Source: Gammaproteobacteria bacterium | GTDB lineage: Bacteria > Pseudomonadota > Gammaproteobacteria > CAJXQU01 | Direction: 5' to 3' | DNA: 64,000 nt | NCBI GenBank assembly: GCA_965238175.1 | Contig: CBDEGZ010000003.1 | Location: forward strand, 2,816,001 to 2,880,000 | Shown here: positions 54,533 to 64,000 of the stretch, piece after piece | Layout of the letters: the number at the start of each line of letters is the position of its first letter | Numbering within the stretch: position 1 is the first letter of the stretch | Translations under genes and position numbers: made by a program | Notes under the pieces: model-generated | Seen by the model: the letters and a program-made list of their open reading frames with translations, nothing else | The model's database searches: none | What the model was told of the DNA's origin: nothing

Positions 54533-57500
54533 ATGAGCAAGAAAGTTCTCGGCCTTGATTTAGGCAGTAACTCAATAGGATGGGCTTTACTAGAGGAAGA
54601 AAATAGTAAGTTGAACAACATTATCGCTCTAGGAAGCAGAATCTTTACCAAAGCAGTTGAAGAAAAAACACCCACACCAAAAAATGTTAAAAGACGTGAT
54701 GCAAGGTTAGCCAGACGAGTGATTCAACGCCGCTCACACCGCAAGCAACGGATGCTGAATTATTTGGTTAAGCTTGACTTGTTACCCAGTGAAATACAAG
54801 GACACAGTCAACCCGAAATTATTTTAAACGATCTGGGCGACCCTTATTTATTACGTGCTAAAGCACTTGACCATCGTCTTGAGTCACATGAACTAGGACG
54901 GGTACTACTCCATCTGGTTCAGCGTCGTGGCTTTTTGAGCAATCGCAAAACATTATTAGGTGACATGGTTAATGATCCAGATGTTCTCGAAATTCTCACG
55001 GAATTGGAAGCTGACGACGATAACTCATCAGAAAAAGCAAAAGAAGAAACTGCATTCAAGAAAGATATTAGTGAGCTTAGAAATACTATTTCCGAAGAAG
55101 GTTATCGGACTCTAGGTGAATACTTAGCATCATTAAATAAACATGACTGTAAAAGAAATCGCAGCCGTGAAGGGGGGCATCTAAGAACAGATCGCCAAAT
55201 GTATCGCGAAGAACTGGATCTGATATGGAAAAAACAAAAGTTATCTCATTCGCTCTTATCAAATGCTATTAAAGAACAAATTGAGAAAATTATTTTCTAC
55301 CAGCGCCCGCTTAAATTACGATCTGACAGAATAGGGAAATGTTCTCTGGAACCCACAAGAAAACGTGCAAACATTGCTCGATTAGAAGTTCAAAGATTTC
55401 GTTATCTTCAAGATATTAACAACCTGACTTATTTCGATCCATGGGATGAAACAGAAAAAAACTTAAGCTCCGAACAAAAAGAAAAAATGGTTGACCTATT
55501 CGAAAGCCAACCCACTATAACATTTCCAAAAATAAGAAAAACGCTGGGTTTTGATAAAAAACATGAGTTTAATTGTAGAAGTTTAGACCCAATCTGACAC
55601 ATCACTAAATCAAGCGGAGCGTAGCGACGCTTGATTTAGTGAGAGTTACCCGCTTTGATGTAACTGCAACGTAAACATCAAAACACAAAGAGGTAACTCT
55701 CATGATTCATACTAATGACAAAGTTATAAAACATAAAGTTGGTCTACTCAATCTCGCTGAAGAACTCGGCAATGTCTCAAAAGCCTGCAAGATGATGGGT
55801 TTGTCCAGAGATACATTTTATCGCTACAAAGAAGCGGCTGATGAAGGCGGTGTAGAAGCCTTGTTTGATCGTAATCGGCGTACCCCAAATCTTAAAAACA
55901 GAATCGACCCGGCTATTGAAACCGTTGTGCTCGAGTATGCACTGGAAGAGCCCGCACATGGTCAAACGCGCACCAGTAACGAGCTGCGCAAACGGGGAAC
56001 ATTTGTCTCACCCAGTGGCGTTCGTTGTATCTGGCTTCGTCATGGTCTTGCTTGCTTTAAAGATCGCCTGAAGGCATTGTCTGATAAGGTAGCTGGTGAA
56101 GGCTTGATCCTCACTGAGTCTCAAGTCGCGGCGATGGAACGCAAGAAAGACGACGATGAGGCTTGTGGCGAGATAGAGACGGCACACCCTGGTTATCTTG
56201 GCTCGCAAGATACTTACTATGTCGGTACTTTCAAAGGCATTGGTCGGGTTTATCAACAAACGTTTGTTGATACTTACAGCAAGGTCGCTCACGCGAAACT
56301 GTACCCGACTAAAACACCGATTACGGCAGCTGACATGCTCAATGACCGCGTCCTCCCATTCTACGAACAACAACGTTTGCCTATGTTGCGCATTTTGACA
56401 GATAGAGGGACGGAGTATTGTGGGCGAGCTGACCAGCATGATTATCAGCTTTATATGGCGTTGAACAATATCGAACACACCAAAACCAAGGTCAAATCAC
56501 CTCAGACGAATGGTATTTGTGAGCGATTCCATAAGACGATCCTCAATGAGTTTTATCAAGTCGCTTTGCGTAAGAAAATTTACCAATCGATTGATGAACT
56601 GCAACTCGACCTTGACGAATGGTTGCTCAAATACAATACTCAACGAACTCACCAAGGCAAAATGTGCTGCGGGAGGACGCCGATGGAAACACTCATCGAC
56701 GGACAAGCTATCTGGAAGGAAAAGTTTTTGAACTAAACTTAACCTGACAGTCGGTTACAGAAAAAGGGGTAACTGTCAGATCAAGTCTGAATTTCTACAG
56801 TTTAATCTTGAAAATGGGAATAAAAAACTTAAGGGCAATATTACTGCTTGTGAATTGAAAAAAGTTATATCCGATTGGAATGATCTTGGTTCTGACTCTC
56901 AGTATAAACTTGTTGAAGATCTTCTAACTATTCAGAAGAAATCCACTCTGAAAAAACGACTTTTAGATCACTGGGGTTTTGATCCAAAAATTGCTGTAGA
57001 ACTTTGTTTACTTGAGTTTGAACCTGGCCACAGTAGCCACTCAATTAAAGCCATCAATAAACTTCTTCCTTTCCTTAAGGAAGGGGAAATCTATTCCAAT
57101 GCCAGAATCAAAGCAGGATATGGTTATGAAATAAAAGAGATAGATCTTATGGAGCGTCTGGGCATACCTCCTGAAATAGCCAATCCTATTGTTCAAAAAG
57201 GGCTGCACGAGCTTCGTCGATTGGTTAATGCCATTATTGCCGAATATGGCAGACCAGATGCTATTCGTATTGAAATGGCCAGAGATCTGGAAATGAATGC
57301 CAAACGCTATAAAGACTTTCTCAAACAACAAAAGACTAACACTCAAGCTAATGATAAAGCCACTGAGAAGTTTCAAGAAATGGGACGGAAATCTCCACAT
57401 CTCAAACTTTCAAAATACCCCAGCCATTCTGACAAAATAAAGTATCGGTTATGGAAAGATCAAGATCAGCGCTGTGCTTATAGTGGTAATTCCATTGATC

Positions 57501-58864
57501 TGGCAACGCTGTTTAGTGCTGAAATAGATATTGATCATATTCTTCCCTATAGCCAATCACTTGATGATTCATACATGAATAAAGTTGTTTGTTATACAGG
57601 AGAAAATCGCTACAAAGGCCAACGTACTCCTATAGATGCCTTCGGCGGAAATGAAGAAAAGTGGGAACAAATTTTTCAACGAATTAATCGATGGGATAAA
57701 AGATTCAAAAGTAAAAAAGCACGTTTTTTTCAAACAGCAGCAGATCTTCAACAACGTGATTTCATCAGTAGCCAACTCAATGATACTCGCTACATGAGTC
57801 GAGTTGCGCAAGACTATTTAAAACAACTAGGTGCAGACATTAGTGTGAGTAAAGGAATAACAACCTCATGGTTGAGACATCAATGGGGATTAAATAACCT
57901 CATAGGAGAAACCAATAAAAAAGACCGAAACGATCATCGTCATCATGCAATTGATGCTGTAGTTATTGCCTGTGTTGACAGAAGCTTCTATCAGAAGTTA
58001 ATAAAAGAAGCCAAAGATTTGGAGCGAACACATTCATCATTGCACATGAAAGATCTCCATTTTGATCCTCCATGGCCACATCTGCGAGATGAACTAAATC
58101 AAAAGCTAAGCAATGTCATCATTTCTCATGCACCACAACGTAAACTTAGTGGTGCTTTACATGAAGAAACGGGCGTCGGATTTATCGAGTCAAAAGGCGC
58201 TGTCTATCGGGCAAATCTGAATAGTGATTTTAAAGAAAAACAGATTGATAAAATTATAGATGATGAAGTCAGGGAAATTATACGAAACCATTTAGGTAAA
58301 TATAACAATAATCCCAAGGAAGCTTTTGCTGAAAGGCAACCTGTTTTACATAAAGATGGTAAAACACCGATCAAACGGGTACGCATTTTGCAATCTAAAA
58401 CTACACGAGAAAAACTTGATGAAACAAAATTTGGTGTAAAAAACAAAGACGGCAAAGTTTTTAAATGGCTTGCTTATGGAAATTTGCACCATGTCGAAAT
58501 TATCAAGAATAAAAAGACTGGAAAATATAAGGGTGAATTTGTAACAACAATGGAAGCCCATCACAGAGCAAAAGGAATCGGTATGCAAAAGCAAAAAGTA
58601 ATCAAAACTGATCATGGCAGTGATTATGAGTTCTTAATGGCCTTGCATATTAATGACCTGGTAAGTGTAGAAAAGGATAGCGAACAGATTTTTTATCGAA
58701 TTCAAAAATTAGATTCAGGTTCAAATAGAATGGTTTTGAGGTTACATACTGCATCAACACTTGGTAATAAAGATGAAGAGATATATGTTTCAATTAATGA
58801 AAAGTCATTTACGGATTGGAATTTAAAAAAACTACAGATAAATGTCATAGGAAAGATTTTCTAG
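54533..58864 (+). pseudogene. cas9: type II-C Cas9 interrupted by IS481 (~1032 aa when rejoined)
   Basis: RuvC-I LGLDLGSNSIGWA, Arg-rich bridge helix, IRIEMAR, HNH DIDHILPYS..DDS..NKV, RuvC-III RHHAIDA; removing the IS plus one 7-bp duplication gives in-frame HEFNLENGNKKLKGN. Confidence 0.96.
55574..56799 (+). mobile_element. IS481-family element, copy 3, inside cas9
   Basis: 1226 bp; 7-bp target duplication GTTTAAT (55567-73 / 56800-06). Confidence 0.96.
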
Positions 58865-59766
58865 TGATCAAACGCATTATCGACATCAGCGAACAAGCCT
58901 ATATTCATATGAAACACAGGCAGCTTCTGATCGATAAAGAAGGTGAAACTATCGGGCAGATCCCGATAGAAGATTTGGGTGTTCTAATTTTGCAACACAC
59001 TGCAATAGTCATAACCCAGGCAGTGATCATCGCTTGTCAGGAAAATAATGTAGTACTAGTTTTTTGTGACTCTCGACATCTGCCCTATTCTGTAGTCTTG
59101 CCTATTAGTGAGGGACATACACTACATACAAAAGTACTACGACAACAACTAACCGTAACCCTGCCAACAAAAAAACGTTTATGGCAGCAAATTGTAAAAT
59201 CCAAGATAAAAGAACAAGCCAACACTCTGAGTCTAGCGAGTAAAGATAATAAAGTATTATTACGACTGACAGAAAAAGTAAAAACTGGCGATTCAGAGAA
59301 TCATGAAGCCCAGGCGGCTAAAGTATATTGGCGGCTATTGTTTGGAGATGAGTTTCGACGCAATGTGGATGCTGAGGGACTAAATAGCGTATTAAATTAC
59401 GGCTATGCAATTATGCGTGCAATGGTAGCAAGGGCATTGGTTGGCAGTGGCTTACACCCTGCGATTGGGTTGCATCATCGCAATCAGTACAATGGTCTTT
59501 GTCTTGCTGATGACATTATGGAGCCGTTCAGGCCTTGGGTTGACCTGGCTGTTTACAAGCTATTTGTAGATAACAAACAACTGGAGATCAATACTGAAAT
59601 AAAGCAAGCACTGTTAGGCATGTTGAGTGAAAAAGTGATCTGGAAAGGGGAAAGCCTGCCTTTGATGGTCGCTTGTCATTCTTTGACTGCCGATCTGAAA
59701 AGAGCTTATCAAAACTCAAAAGAAAAACTTTGTTTTCCTCAATTGGAAAACAGGATCGCAGCTTGA
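58864..59766 (+). CDS. cas1: type II CRISPR-associated Cas1
   Basis: GTG start overlaps the cas9 stop; IPIEDL, EAQAAKVYW, LNYGYAIMR, GLHH.N..N..CLADDIMEPFRP. Confidence 0.95.
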   Translation: MIKRIIDISEQAYIHMKHRQLLIDKEGETIGQIPIEDLGVLILQHTAIVITQAVIIACQENNVVLVFCDSRHLPYSVVLPISEGHTLHTKVLRQQLTVTLPTKKRLWQQIVKSKIKEQANTLSLASKDNKVLLRLTEKVKTGDSENHEAQAAKVYWRLLFGDEFRRNVDAEGLNSVLNYGYAIMRAMVARALVGSGLHPAIGLHHRNQYNGLCLADDIMEPFRPWVDLAVYKLFVDNKQLEINTEIKQALLGMLSEKVIWKGESLPLMVACHSLTADLKRAYQNSKEKLCFPQLENRIAA

Positions 59767-59786
59767 ACTTTGGTGGACTGAATACC

Positions 59787-60090
59787 ATGTGGGTTACCGT
59801 ACTTTTTGATCTCCCCACCGACACAAAAGAAGCACGAAAACAATACACAATTTCGGAAATTTTTACTTGATGATGGCTTCACCATGATGCAATACTCAGT
59901 CTATATTCGACATAGCGCCAGCGAAGAGAATGCACAGGTTCATATCAAGCGTGTAAAAGCAGCATTGCCTGCTGATGGTGAGGTTCGAATCTTCAAAATT
60001 ACCGATAAACAGTTTGGAAAAATAGAAGTGTTCTATGGAAAAAGACAGCAAACTATCGAAGAAACCCCGAAACAACTCCTGTTTTTCTGA
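59787..60090 (+). pseudogene. cas2: Cas2 with a frameshift near 59848
   Basis: MWVTVLFDLPTDTKEARKQYT in one frame; FRKFLLDDGFTMMQYSVY...ITDKQF in another. Confidence 0.9.
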
Positions 60091-60139
60091 ACAAAGAAAC
60101 AGGAGTTTCTCTTTTGGATCAATCAATTACTTGCATGGT

Positions 60140-61606
60140 AGTGTAACCGACTAAGGTGTAGAAGTTTAGACCCAATCTGACACATCACTAAATCAAGCGG
60201 AGCGTAGCGACGCTTGATTTAGTGAGAGTTACCCGCTTTGATGTAACTGCAACGTAAACATCAAAACACAAAGAGGTAACTCTCATGATTCATACTAATG
60301 ACAAAGTTATAAAACATAAAGTTGGTCTACTCAATCTCGCTGAAGAACTCGGCAATGTCTCAAAAGCCTGCAAGATGATGGGTTTGTCCAGAGATACATT
60401 TTATCGCTACAAAGAAGCGGCTGATGAAGGCGGTGTAGAAGCCTTGTTTGATCGTAATCGGCGTACCCCAAATCTTAAAAACAGAATCGACCCGGCTATT
60501 GAAACCGTTGTGCTCGAGTATGCACTGGAAGAGCCCGCACATGGTCAAACGCGCACCAGTAACGAGCTGCGCAAACGGGGAACATTTGTCTCACCCAGTG
60601 GCGTTCGTTGTATCTGGCTTCGTCATGGTCTTGCTTGCTTTAAAGATCGCCTGAAGGCATTGTCTGATAAGGTAGCTGGTGAAGGCTTGATCCTCACTGA
60701 GTCTCAAGTCGCGGCGATGGAACGCAAGAAAGACGACGATGAGGCTTGTGGCGAGATAGAGACGGCACACCCTGGTTATCTTGGCTCGCAAGATACTTAC
60801 TATGTCGGTACTTTCAAAGGCATTGGTCGGGTTTATCAACAAACGTTTGTTGATACTTACAGCAAGGTCGCTCACGCGAAACTGTACCCGACTAAAACAC
60901 CGATTACGGCAGCTGACATGCTCAATGACCGCGTCCTCCCATTCTACGAAGAACAACGTTTGCCTATGTTGCGCATTTTGACAGATAGAGGGACGGAGTA
61001 TTGTGGGCGAGCTGACCAGCATGATTATCAGCTTTATATGGCGTTGAACAATATCGAACACACCAAAACCAAGGTCAAATCACCTCAGACGAATGGTATT
61101 TGTGAGCGATTCCATAAGACGATCCTCAATGAGTTTTATCAAGTCGCTTTGCGTAAGAAAATTTACCAATCGATTGATGAACTGCAACTCGACCTTGACG
61201 AATGGTTGCTCAAATACAATACTCAACGAACTCACCAAGGCAAAATGTGCTGCGGGAGGACGCCGATGGAAACACTCATCGACGGACAAGCTATCTGGAA
61301 GGAAAAGTTTTTGAACTAAACTTAACCTGACAGTCAGTTACAGAAAAAGGGGTAACTGTCAGATCAAGTCTGAATTTCTACAACTAAGGCCTACATGCAA
61401 TTCACAACTGAATCCCTCTTCTAACTGACCATCTGGAAAGTGTAACCGACTAAGGCCTACATGCAATTCACAACATCTCATGCTGCACATCGACAACCAT
61501 ATTCAGTGTAACCGACTAAGGCCTACATGCAATTCACAACCCTTCAAGGTGTAGTTGAACCGGGTATTCTAGTGTAACCGACTAAGGCCTACATGCAGTT
61601 CACTAC
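60140..61606 (-). CRISPR. type II-C array: four 36-bp repeats (first split by IS481, last degenerate) and three 30-bp spacers
   Basis: AGTGTAACCGACTAAGGCCTACATGCAATTCACAAC at 60140-56 + 61390-61408, 61439-74, 61505-40 and 61571-61606 (variant); strand inferred from the GTTGTG start and tracrRNA complementarity. Confidence 0.95.
60157..61382 (+). mobile_element. IS481-family element, copy 4, inside the first CRISPR repeat
   Basis: 1226 bp; 7-bp target duplication ACTAAGG (60150-56 / 61383-89). Confidence 0.96.
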
Positions 61607-61661
61607 TAGTACACCAAACAACGTTTCCCTTCAAATCACAGCGGATTGACTAATAGCATTA

Positions 61662-61868
61662 TTAATCGCTAGCCTGATCTATTTTTATTTGCGATTCTGG
61701 CGATAACTTGAGCACACCTGTTCTTACGGCAGCACCAACTACGCGATCACCAATTGATTGTGGCAGATCATCCGGCCAGTTCGATACAGCTTGCTTAGTT
61801 ACCCCGACTGCTGACGCGACTGATCTATATGTTGAGCCGAACAATCCCCTTGCCCTTTTCTTCTTCAT
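61662..61868 (-). CDS. Cro-like HTH regulator
   Basis: 68 aa; LFG....VASAVGVTKQAVSNWP..LP; divergent from an XRE gene. Confidence 0.8.
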   Translation of the reverse strand: MKKKRARGLFGSTYRSVASAVGVTKQAVSNWPDDLPQSIGDRVVGAAVRTGVLKLSPESQIKIDQASD

Positions 61869-61874
61869 AGATCA

Positions 61875-61938
61875 AGTAAATCATTATTGACTATTTCTGT
61901 CAATTTGCATTGATAGAAAATCAAGTATTCTTTACTTT
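61875..61938. promoter_or_regulatory. OR-like region: three operators and divergent promoters
   Basis: RT(C/A)AA-N6-TT(G/T)AY at 61876-91, 61899-914 and 61920-35; minus strand TTGACA-N17-TTTACT; plus strand TTGATA-N17-TACTTT. Confidence 0.7.
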
Positions 61939-61950
61939 TAGCAGGACAGG

Positions 61951-62394
61951 ATGTTAATTATGAGCGATGTCGCGGAAAGAATTCTAAAAATAAGGAAGTA
62001 CATGAAGTTGACACAACCTCAATTTGGTAAGCGTGCTGGTGTGTCAAAGCAAGCTGTTTCACATTGGGAAAATGGTTTAGCGAAGCCCGACCATGAGTCG
62101 CTAAGAAATCTGGAAAAAAATTCTTACATTAACCCAGATTACATCACCGATGGCACCGGGGAAATCTTTAAATATCTGCAAGGATCTCCCGAGAGTTTTG
62201 CATTAAAAAATCCTGTTAAAGATTCTGCACAACTGGAAAACATGAACACAGCTGATTGGCTATGCAGAAGATGGCTTGACTTACCACTATCTGCGCGCAA
62301 GTGTATTTGGGAAATATGCAGATCTCATGTTGGCGAAACTATTGAGCGTCGTTTTGAAGTCAAATACGTTAAAGATGATAAACGAAGTACTTAA
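61951..62394 (+). CDS. CI-like XRE-family repressor with no S24 peptidase domain seen
   Basis: RILKIRK...LTQ..FG..AGVSKQAVSHWENG...P. Confidence 0.82.
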   Translation: MLIMSDVAERILKIRKYMKLTQPQFGKRAGVSKQAVSHWENGLAKPDHESLRNLEKNSYINPDYITDGTGEIFKYLQGSPESFALKNPVKDSAQLENMNTADWLCRRWLDLPLSARKCIWEICRSHVGETIERRFEVKYVKDDKRST

Positions 62395-62793
62395 ATCACC
62401 TTTTACTTCTATAGAAAAAACAGCACTTTTGAGTAGCCACCAAGATTAATTGACATAGTCTGTCCATCTTCAGTACGGCCGGTGATATCCTCTAATAGTT
62501 AATTCATCCCACTTAGCCAACTGATTATTAATTTTTGCGGTTATTCAGGCACAACCGTCTTTAGTTGTTTTAATTGGAGTTTTTTTATCCACCTTTATTG
62601 TTGTTGTTTTATTTGGGAAATCGTGACCCAAACGCAAAAAAATTCTTTACCCTCTTCTGATAAATATATCAATAATGAAATATCTGATTCCAATGTTATT
62701 AAGATCAAATTCTTCAATGTAAGTATACGCCTGTCATTCAACCTCAATTATCTTTTGATCAGTTATCTCAATTAAAACCGACATAATCGCAGA

Positions 62794-62862
62794 GTCAAAA
62801 ATGCTTGACTCGCAATCAATTATTATTTACCTTAATGGTCAATCAAGTCAACTTAAATTGAT
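62794..62862 (+). promoter_or_regulatory. OL-like region: three operators and a promoter
   Basis: Same motif at 62794-809, 62815-30 and 62847-62; TTGACT-N17-TACCTT upstream of 62875. Confidence 0.7.
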
Positions 62863-62874
62863 AATAGAGAACAC

Positions 62875-63189
62875 ATGGCTGACAACAAGTTACAGATACA
62901 AATTGAATCGAACGAAATAAAACAAATGTTCGACGAAGTAGAAATCAACATGATCCGTGCTGGTCAAGGATCTGAATTATGGAACGCGATGGTGAAAATA
63001 TTTAGTCTTCCCAGCTTTATCGATCCGCTTATTAAAAGCAAATTCATAACCCACGCCAATGGTAAGACAGAATTATTGACTTGGCCATCCGCTGCATTTA
63101 AACGCATACACGCTGCAGTCATCACAAGTAATATCGATGTCCTTCACCACGAGCATCAAGACCTGCTCAAAAAAGCAGCTAGACACTGA
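62875..63189 (+). CDS. hypothetical protein under a PL-like promoter
   Basis: 104-aa ORF with a purine-rich RBS; degenerate paralog remnant (HAAVLTGDVDTL) at ~63240-63370. Confidence 0.6.
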   Translation: MADNKLQIQIESNEIKQMFDEVEINMIRAGQGSELWNAMVKIFSLPSFIDPLIKSKFITHANGKTELLTWPSAAFKRIHAAVITSNIDVLHHEHQDLLKKAARH

Positions 63190-63607
63190 GCATGCAACGC
63201 TTGAACACAAGTCACTTAAAGATATCTAAACCAGCCAAATGAAGAGCATCATTAGCAATATAAGCGCACTGACGGGTTGACTCAGAATGACGCTTGAGCC
63301 AACCGACTATTTTCAGTGATCCACGCCGCAGTTCTCACAGGTGATGTCGATACTTTGCTCGTCGAAAGTGTAAGCAAACAACAATTTCCTTCAAATCACA
63401 ATTTTGTGATTTCACAAAAAATCGTGAACCGATATACTTCCAAGATAATTTTCAATTAACGATCAATATCATGCACAACAAAAACAAATGTAAGCGTTGT
63501 CAACAGACCCGTATGGTACTAACGGCGATGATTGTGGTTATCGTTCTTGCCGTTGTTTTTCTGGGTATAGAATCGAATACGTTTTTCTCAAAAATTTTCT
63601 CGACTCC

Positions 63608-63922
63608 CTAAATACAACTTGGAGGTTTAGGAAGACCCGCTATGCGCGCAGATTGCCTGACCGGTGCATCTGGAAATAATTTATACAAATAACGACTTTT
63701 GCCTTTATCTTCACCCAGTTTTTTTCCTATCGCTTTACCTAAAATTCGCATGATGGGTGTGATGCTATATTGTTGATAATAGTTCTGCACAAAATGAATG
63801 ATTTCCCAGTGATCTTCCGTTAATTTGATCTCTTCTTGCTGAGCAATTTTTTCAGCAACTGCAGGAGTCCAATCCTGTTGATTGATCAAAAAACCATCTT
63901 TTGTTGTTTTTACTAACTCCAT
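63608..63922 (-). CDS. tusE: TusE/DsrC-family sulfur relay protein
   Basis: DGFL....W, LTEDHWEII.F, YLYKLFP..P.RQ..RIAGLPKPPSCI. Confidence 0.9.
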   Translation of the reverse strand: MELVKTTKDGFLINQQDWTPAVAEKIAQQEEIKLTEDHWEIIHFVQNYYQQYSITPIMRILGKAIGKKLGEDKGKSRYLYKLFPDAPVRQSARIAGLPKPPSCI

Positions 63923-64000
63923 GTCAATGTGTTGTTATATTTGACGGTTAATTTTACAAAATCAGAATAATCAACGAGTTCTACATTGTTGATAATTTGG

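Larger units (their letters stand above)
61615..63400. mobile_element. 1.8-kb lambdoid immunity-switch module flanked by 26-bp direct repeats
   Basis: CAAACAACGTTTCCCTTCAAATCACA (61615-40) vs CAAACAACAATTTCCTTCAAATCACA (63375-63400), 23/26 identical; encloses cro, cI and a third gene. Confidence 0.55.

Noticed and set aside
58816-58863. Longer cas1 start
   Set aside because: It overlaps cas9; GTG at 58864 gives the typical (M)IKRIIDIS N-terminus.
54518-58864. Naturally split or novel two-subunit Cas9
   Set aside because: The halves rejoin exactly in frame once the IS is removed, and the CRSLDPI tail is IS-derived.
55574-61382. Composite transposon or CRISPR-associated transposase carrying cas genes
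   Set aside because: Each IS481 has its own 7-bp duplication, and identical copies lie outside the locus; these are independent disruptive insertions.

Overview
Chromosomal window from a Gammaproteobacterium-like genome, read from the sequence alone. 1-27.5 kb is mostly housekeeping: aroC, a YajD-like HNH protein, a complete nuoA-N operon, tRNA-Leu(GAG), secG, tpiA, a BON/OmpA protein, a SoxYZ-like carrier, an OFA-family transporter, moaA, fdhD and a PEP-CTERM protein. 27.6-49 kb is an AT-rich, decaying accessory region. It holds gene cassettes separated by ~130-bp attC-like repeats (no integrase seen), orphan Rhs toxin-tip/immunity modules, a SWIM-ligase-WGR protein, KptA/Tpt1, and IS3, IS4, IS5 and IS481 elements. 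49-52.5 kb has a hairpin MITE, an IS1111-type IS110 element and an IS481 copy. The IS110 3' non-coding region contains guide-like segments matching its reconstructed target and donor junctions, and the target is the MITE's terminal repeat. 54.4-61.6 kb is a type II-C CRISPR-Cas9 locus with three lesions: IS481 in cas9, IS481 in the first repeat, and a cas2 frameshift. Directly next to the array is a 1.8-kb, direct-repeat-flanked lambdoid cro/cI switch whose PR-like promoter points into the array. tusE/dsrC ends the window. Family names come from motif recognition, not database searches.
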